Origin: a virus | Lineage: Duplodnaviria > Heunggongvirae > Uroviricota > Caudoviricetes | Virus record (IMG/VR): IMGVR_UViG_2690316321_000003 | Length of the DNA stretch: 4,399 bases | Reading direction: 5' to 3' (one strand) | Shown here: in pieces, positions 1-4,399 of the stretch | Position numbering within the stretch: the first letter of the stretch is position 1 | Layout: each line of letters opens with the position of its first letter | The notes under the pieces: model-generated | The model's input: the letters and a program-made list of their open reading frames with translations, nothing else | What the model was told of the DNA's origin: nothing | The model's database searches: none | Position numbers and translations under genes: made by a program

Positions 1-155
1 TTAATCCCGTTCAGAGCATCACTGCCGGGAACGTTCGTCCGGGCATGAAGATACCCCGCGCTCAGCGTGGCCTGCTGCTCAGACGCCCATGCAGGCGCAC
101 CGGATACGGCCAGACAGATGGCTGCGGACAACATGGCTGCACAAACTTTACGCAT
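1..155 (-). CDS. lom: Lom/Ail/PagC-family outer-membrane protein, N-terminal fragment (3' end lies beyond window start)
   Basis: Minus-strand ATG at 153..155 preceded by GAGAGG (complement of 161..166) with 5-nt spacing. Translation to the window edge: MRKVCAAMLSAAICLAVSGAPAWASEQQATLSAGYLHARTNVPGSDALNGI. This has a signal-peptide shape (basic N-terminus, hydrophobic core, AWA-S cleavage-like site) and the early mature SAGY motif resembles the T/S-V-G-Y start of lambda Lom/Ail/PagC. Position directly downstream of J matches lambda gene order. Not in the ORF track because it is truncated by the window edge. Confidence 0.6.
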   Translation of the reverse strand, partial: MRKVCAAMLSAAICLAVSGAPAWASEQQATLSAGYLHARTNVPGSDALNGI

Positions 156-176
156 AATTACCTCTCGCTTTTCTGC

Positions 177-204
177 AATAAAAAAGGCGCCATTTCTGGC
201 GCCC
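177..204 (-). terminator. Rho-independent terminator downstream of J
   Basis: Minus strand reads GGCGCCA-GAAA-TGGCGCC followed by TTTTTTATT: a 7-bp perfect GC-rich stem, 4-nt loop and U-tract, beginning about 20 nt after the J stop codon (223..225). On the plus strand the hairpin is followed by CGTATATGGG, not a T-tract, so it is oriented for minus-strand transcription. Confidence 0.55.
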
Positions 205-222
205 GTATATGGGTTATAAAAT

Positions 223-939
223 TCAGCTAATCGTGATACCTGCGGTGGATTTCTTCATCACCACAACAAGCAAATCGCTGATACTGGTTGTCGGTGTCCA
301 GTTATTGACCATTGAAGAAGAGACCGTAAACTTTAACGTCAACGTTCCCTGCCCCGCAGGCATATCAATAACGGAAGAAAAAACCGCCGGAGCATCCGTT
401 GTTGACTGGTTAAAAATTTCTGTCCCGTTTTTCGTTACCTGCAAACGGCATACAGAATAAACATAAGACTGTTGATTATTACTGCCATAATTTTCCTTCC
501 TGCTTCCTTTAAACAGCAGAGCCGGGATCATGACCTGTCGGTCAAACTTCTGATCATCACTAATCGTGACCGTAATGGTGCCGCTGGCATAAGTGCTCGT
601 GCGGGGGAAAGACTTGCTGACCGTTTTGACAATATCGCCTTCAATCTGGTTGGCGGACAGTTTCCCCTTAATCTGACAGTTCTCATTTATCGTGACGTTG
701 TTGAGCGTCCCTGAGTTCGCATTCACACTGCCACTGATATCCGCATTTTTAGCGGTCAGCTTTCCGTCTGATGTCAGGGAAAATGCAGGAGGATTGCCAC
801 CACTGGTAATTGTGGGAGCAATAAGGGTCTTAATCAGCGCTTCATTGATAAACGTCTGTCCCCCCTGCGTGACCAGTGCTGGAGTGGTGTTACCGTTCTC
901 CGGATTAATGAACGCAATCCTGTCTGCCGCCAGCAGCAC
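223..939 (-). CDS. J: Tail-tip host-specificity protein J, C-terminal receptor-binding portion (238 codons; in frame with and 6 nt downstream of the TAG ending the 992-aa J ORF)
   Basis: Track ORF begins at a GTG. Its product (..[26 protein letters not shown]...[44 protein letters not shown]...FDRQ...IDMPAGQG...VMKK...GI..) aligns with the C-terminal about 240 aa of lambda gpJ as I recall it (..[26 protein letters not shown]...[44 protein letters not shown]...). Same reading frame as 946..3924. No convincing Shine-Dalgarno upstream of the GTG, so independent initiation looks unlikely. Confidence 0.8.
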   Translation of the reverse strand: MLLAADRIAFINPENGNTTPALVTQGGQTFINEALIKTLIAPTITSGGNPPAFSLTSDGKLTAKNADISGSVNANSGTLNNVTINENCQIKGKLSANQIEGDIVKTVSKSFPRTSTYASGTITVTISDDQKFDRQVMIPALLFKGSRKENYGSNNQQSYVYSVCRLQVTKNGTEIFNQSTTDAPAVFSSVIDMPAGQGTLTLKFTVSSSMVNNWTPTTSISDLLVVVMKKSTAGITIS

Positions 940-945
940 CTGACT

Positions 946-3924
946 CTACATACCGTCAGGGGTATTCTCAATACCGGCACCGATACCCGCAATGTAAAGG
1001 CGACCATCCTGCATCTGCTGCAGTTTCACGGCCCACATACTGTTCAGGTTATTACTGGTGTCTGTCTGAACCTTTTGTATCTGCTGGATTGTTGCTTCCT
1101 GCTCGCCCAGTTTTTTGTCTGTCGTCGAGATGATTTCACTGCTTTTTTCATCCACATACTGACGAACCTGCGCAATCTGGCGTGCATTCTCCTCATTACT
1201 CTGACTGACCGTTTGCGTGATTTCGCTACTGACGTTGTCCACTTTCTGACTCACCTGGGATATGGCCAGTGACTGCTCATCATTTTTTTTAGCAACCAGC
1301 TGCGTGAGGCTGTTTTCAGTTTCCCCGATTTTTTGGGTCACCCCGGCAATATCACTCTCCAGTCGCTGATTGACCTCATCCTCCAGTTGCTCAACTTCAC
1401 TGCGCAATGCAGAGGCATTAATACGATCATTCAGCTCCTGCCCCAGCAGGGTGCTGTTTATTTTCCCTTCAAAAAAATTGAGATACTCTTCAGGATTATT
1501 ACCCGGCTGGCCGACAGCCTCCGCGAATGCCGATTTGCCAACGGTATTCACACTGCGAACATAAAAGTAATAATCATGGCCCGGCTTAATATTCTGGCCG
1601 GAGGCTACCCAGTACAGTGCCGTACCAAGATAGCGGGCAGATTTGTCCACCTGTGAGACATCTGAAATCTTCGTTTCAGAAAACCAGAACTCAAACTGTA
1701 CCGTCGGATCATAAACCGCAAGATGCGGCGTGGCGGTTATCTGAAAATAGCCCGGCGTCAGCTCAATCTGTGACGGCGCTGCCGGTGCGGCAATCCGGAA
1801 CGATACCGACGCCGGATCGCCCTGCTGTCCCCACGCATTTACCGCCCGGACTGTCAGCGTGTAACGCCCCAGCGCCAGTTGCCTGAAGCGGTATGTGGTT
1901 TCCGTCGTCCGGGCCGTGCTGACCAGCCGCTCACTGCCGTCATCCGCTGCCACGGTCAGGCGAAGAAGGAAGCTCACGCCCTTCACCACCTTCGGCGTGT
2001 CCCAGCGCGCCAGCACCTGATATTCCCCGCTGTCTGCGGTGACTTCGGCGGTCAGGTGCTGCACCGCTGGCGGCGTGACACCATTCACCGTGCCGCTCTG
2101 GTCGCCGTCAAAGTGCGCCCCGTTATCCACGATGGCCTCTTTTTCCGGTACATGCTGCACGGCAGTGATGGCATACGTGCCGTCGTCGTTCTCACGGATA
2201 CTCACGCAGCGGAACAGGCGCTGGCGCAGCGTCGGCAGCTTCAGCCCCCACACGCTGTACTCGGCAACGCCGTCAGGAACACGGCTCACTTTCACCTTCA
2301 CGCCGTCGGTGACGGACTGAACCTCCACGCTGACCGGATTCCCCTGCCCGTCAACCAGGCTTATCAGCGTGGTACCGGAGGATGGCAGCGTGATTTCACG
2401 GTCGAGCGTCAGCGTCCGGGTCTGGCTGTTCACCGCCAGCACGCGACCACCGGTGCTGATACCGGCATAGTCATCATCACAGATTTCAATGACATCGCCC
2501 GGTACATGGCGAAGCCCTTCTGCGCCCACGCTGAAATCCACGGTCTGCGTTTCCAGCAGTTCTGTTTTAATCAGCCACAGCCCGGCGCGGTGTGCCTGCC
2601 CCCGGCTGGTACAGCCAAAAGCATCCATCTTCGTGACGTTACGACCGTAACGGGCAATGGCCTGCGTATCCTCCACAAGCTCTGTCGCCGTCTCCCAGCC
2701 GTTGTTCGGGTCAATCCAGTTCACCTCAACGGCATTATGGCGGTCTTTCAGGGCGCTGAAGCTGTAGCGGAACGGCGCGCCATCATCCGGCATAACCACA
2801 TTACTGCGGTTATAGGTCCACACCTTATCCGACGCTCGGTCCTGCACGAACGTCAGCGTCTGCCCGTTCCATACCGGCATACAGCGCATCGCCGAGCAGA
2901 AATCACTGAGCACATCCCACGCCTTGCGCTGTGTGGTCAGGTACGCATTACAGGTGATGCGCGGCTCCGTGCCGCCAAAGCCGTCCGGCACTGACTGGTC
3001 GCAGTACTGGCCGATGACATACAGCGCCCATTTATCCACATCCGCCGCACCAAGACGTTTCCCCATGCCGTAGCGCGGATGGGTAAGCATATCCCACAGA
3101 CACCAGGCCATGTTGTTGCTGTATGCCGGTTTTAACGTTCCGTCCCAGATACCGCTGTATTGTCGCGTCTGCGGGTTATAGTTCGACGGCACCTGCAGAA
3201 TGCGCCCGCGAAGATGATAATTACGGCTCACCTGCTGGCTGCCGAACTGCTCCGAATCCACCTGTACGCCGACCAGTGCCGTGTTCGGGTAGCACTGTTT
3301 CACATCGATGATTTCGGTGTATGACGACCAGAGCGTTTTGTTCTGCAGCTGGTCTGTGGTGCTGTCCGGCGTCATCCTGCGCATCCGGATATTGAACGGG
3401 CGCGGCGGCAGGTTACCCACCACCACCGATGCCAGATACTGTGAGGTGGTTTTGCCTTTAATGGTGATGTCTTTTTCCGTCACCCAGCCACCGTTACGTT
3501 GTATCTGAACCAGCAGGCGGACTTCCGATGGATTCCTGTCCCCCTTTGAGGTGGTTTCCACCAGTGCCTGCACACCGAAGGTAAAACGCAGTCGGTCAAT
3601 GTTTGCCGACGTGATGGTCCGGGTGATCGGCGTGTCGTATTTCACTTCCGTACCCAGCACCGTCTCGGAGCCGGAGGATTCAAATCCCTCCGGCGGTGTC
3701 TGCTCCTGCTCACCGGCCCGGAACACCACCGTGACGCCGGAGATATTGGTATTCCCCTCACTGTCCAGCACCGGCGTACTGTTCAGCAGCACGCTTTTTA
3801 AGCCATCCACCGGACCTTCAACCGGCCCTTCACTGATGGCATCGATCACACTCAGCAACTGCGTGGATTTCAGGTTGTCCTTCGCTTCGCGCGGGGTATG
3901 CCCCTTACTGCTGCCTTTACCCAT
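946..3924 (-). CDS. J: Tail-tip host-specificity protein J (lambda gpJ-like central tail fiber), N-terminal 992 aa, ending at an in-frame TAG
   Basis: ATG at 3922..3924 with GGAG (complement of 3933..3936) 8 nt upstream. The N-terminus [34 protein letters not shown]... and roughly the first 830 residues match lambda gpJ nearly residue-for-residue from memory (e.g. ..[93 protein letters not shown]..). The ORF ends ..[14 protein letters not shown] then TAG at 946..948, where lambda has ..EGKLSQF.. continuing in frame. Confidence 0.95.
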   Translation of the reverse strand: MGKGSSKGHTPREAKDNLKSTQLLSVIDAISEGPVEGPVDGLKSVLLNSTPVLDSEGNTNISGVTVVFRAGEQEQTPPEGFESSGSETVLGTEVKYDTPITRTITSANIDRLRFTFGVQALVETTSKGDRNPSEVRLLVQIQRNGGWVTEKDITIKGKTTSQYLASVVVGNLPPRPFNIRMRRMTPDSTTDQLQNKTLWSSYTEIIDVKQCYPNTALVGVQVDSEQFGSQQVSRNYHLRGRILQVPSNYNPQTRQYSGIWDGTLKPAYSNNMAWCLWDMLTHPRYGMGKRLGAADVDKWALYVIGQYCDQSVPDGFGGTEPRITCNAYLTTQRKAWDVLSDFCSAMRCMPVWNGQTLTFVQDRASDKVWTYNRSNVVMPDDGAPFRYSFSALKDRHNAVEVNWIDPNNGWETATELVEDTQAIARYGRNVTKMDAFGCTSRGQAHRAGLWLIKTELLETQTVDFSVGAEGLRHVPGDVIEICDDDYAGISTGGRVLAVNSQTRTLTLDREITLPSSGTTLISLVDGQGNPVSVEVQSVTDGVKVKVSRVPDGVAEYSVWGLKLPTLRQRLFRCVSIRENDDGTYAITAVQHVPEKEAIVDNGAHFDGDQSGTVNGVTPPAVQHLTAEVTADSGEYQVLARWDTPKVVKGVSFLLRLTVAADDGSERLVSTARTTETTYRFRQLALGRYTLTVRAVNAWGQQGDPASVSFRIAAPAAPSQIELTPGYFQITATPHLAVYDPTVQFEFWFSETKISDVSQVDKSARYLGTALYWVASGQNIKPGHDYYFYVRSVNTVGKSAFAEAVGQPGNNPEEYLNFFEGKINSTLLGQELNDRINASALRSEVEQLEDEVNQRLESDIAGVTQKIGETENSLTQLVAKKNDEQSLAISQVSQKVDNVSSEITQTVSQSNEENARQIAQVRQYVDEKSSEIISTTDKKLGEQEATIQQIQKVQTDTSNNLNSMWAVKLQQMQDGRLYIAGIGAGIENTPDGM

Positions 3925-3946
3925 TCCTCACGCTCCATAAACGACA

Positions 3947-3966
3947 AAACCGCCCGCAGGCGGTTT
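3947..3966. other. Perfect palindrome / stem-loop in the I-J intergenic spacer
   Basis: Plus strand AAACCGCC-CGCA-GGCGGTTT (8-bp perfect stem, 4-nt loop). On the minus strand it is followed by TGTCGTTTATGGAGCGTGAGGA-ATG, i.e. directly upstream of the J ribosome-binding site. Could be an attenuating or terminator-like hairpin, an RNA processing or stability element, or a protein-binding site. Confidence 0.3.
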
Positions 3967-3984
3967 CACATAAAACATTTTGCA

Positions 3985-4399
3985 TCAGCGACCAATCACC
4001 ACAACCTGACCACCATCCTCTTCGTCTGCCGTGCTGATCTCCTGAGAAACCACGCGTGACCCCACGCGCATTTCACCGAACAGAACAGGCAAAATATTGC
4101 CCTGGGCAACCATGTTATCCAGTGAGGAGAAATAGGTGTTCTGTTTGCCGTTATCCGTTGTCTGCGTTCGGGGGGTTTGGGGTTTAGGAGCCAGCATCTG
4201 TGCAACACCACCAAGCGTCATCGCTGCCCCCATAGAAAAGAGAATGTCACTGAAAGCGATACTGATTCCCGGCATCCAGATTGCCGTAGCAATCAGCGCC
4301 GCACCCAGCACTACCTGAAAAACACCGCCACTTTTGGCTCCCGCAAGACGCGGAACGATGTGGATCACTGCACCATTTGCCAGCGGCTCATTAAGACGG
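3985..4399 (-). CDS. I: Tail assembly protein I (lambda gpI-like), C-terminal 138 codons; 5' end lies beyond the window end
   Basis: Minus-strand frame is open from the window edge to TGA at 3985..3987. Translation ..RLNEPLANGAVIHIVPRLAGAKSGGVFQVVLGAA...MLAPKPQTPRTQTTDNGKQNTYFSSLDNMVAQGNILPVLFGEMRVGSRVVSQEISTADEEDGGQVVVIGR matches the C-terminus of lambda gpI from memory (..AVIHIVPRVAGAKSGGVFQIVLGAA...QTTDNGKQNTYFSSLDNMVAQGNVLPVLYGEMRVGSRVVSQEISTADEGDGGQVVVIGR). The track ORF 3985..4368 is only the part after an internal GTG. Confidence 0.9.
   Translation of the reverse strand, partial: RLNEPLANGAVIHIVPRLAGAKSGGVFQVVLGAALIATAIWMPGISIAFSDILFSMGAAMTLGGVAQMLAPKPQTPRTQTTDNGKQNTYFSSLDNMVAQGNILPVLFGEMRVGSRVVSQEISTADEEDGGQVVVIGR

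Noticed and set aside
45-230. 61-aa plus-strand ORF (MKIPRAQRG...)
   Set aside because: Antisense to the lom-like start and to the J terminator hairpin; no ribosome-binding site, and the opposite strand has far better coding evidence.
205-240. Possible sigma70 promoter for lom (TATAAC -10-like hexamer on the minus strand)
   Set aside because: No acceptable -35 at 16-18 bp spacing, and the predicted transcript would run straight into the terminator hairpin. Not reported as a feature.
209-943. Plus-strand ORFs 209..460, 472..714 and 692..943
   Set aside because: Antisense to the J C-terminal region; they start at GTG or weak starts without a Shine-Dalgarno and have no recognisable protein features.
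900-961. Apparent one-base offset between my hand translation of 900..961 and the ORF-track coordinates
   Set aside because: The three track ORFs crossing this stretch (692..943, 223..939, 946..3924) agree with each other and with the protein sequences, so I treated the offset as my own counting error and used track coordinates. It does mean the exact TAG position (946..948) should be confirmed computationally.
1879-2994. 371-aa plus-strand ORF (also 2039..2320, 1617..1886, 1333..1656, 1370..1564, 1075..1272)
   Set aside because: All lie antisense to the strongly supported J gene. The products are Arg/His/Ala/Pro-rich low-complexity strings typical of antisense translation of GC-rich coding DNA, and I see no convincing ribosome-binding site. 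Long antisense ORFs are expected by chance in GC-rich genes.
3123-3940. Plus-strand ORFs 3123..3311, 3308..3508 and 3551..3940
   Set aside because: Antisense to the lambda-identical N-terminal part of J; chance ORFs.
3996-4214. 72-aa minus-strand ORF inside gene I
   Set aside because: Out-of-frame overlap with the clearly homologous gpI reading frame; Cys/Trp/Arg-rich and most likely spurious.
1-4399. CRISPR array, tRNA or rRNA, insertion sequence or integrase
   Set aside because: No direct-repeat and spacer periodicity, no cloverleaf-like segments, and no terminal inverted repeats or transposase-like ORFs; the window is fully accounted for by I, J, lom and short spacers.

Overview
The whole window is a lambdoid (lambda-like) phage or prophage tail-tip module, all encoded on the minus strand in lambda gene order I -> J -> lom. 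It contains the 3' part of tail assembly gene I (3985..4399, start beyond the window end), a J-type tail-tip host-specificity gene (223..3924), and the first 51 codons of a Lom/Ail/PagC-family outer-membrane protein gene (1..155, runs off the window start). The main observation is that J is split by an in-frame TAG stop at 946..948: a 992-aa N-terminal ORF, then 6 nt later in the same frame a 238-aa ORF that is clearly the J C-terminal receptor-binding region. J also carries an A/T-rich coiled-coil expansion and a diverged C-terminal tail relative to lambda J as I recall it. A strong intrinsic-terminator hairpin follows J, and a perfect 8-bp palindrome sits between I and J. All plus-strand ORFs in the track lie antisense to these genes and look spurious. 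I saw no rRNA, tRNA, CRISPR, IS element or integrase. All homology statements rest on my recall of lambda proteins, not on a database search.
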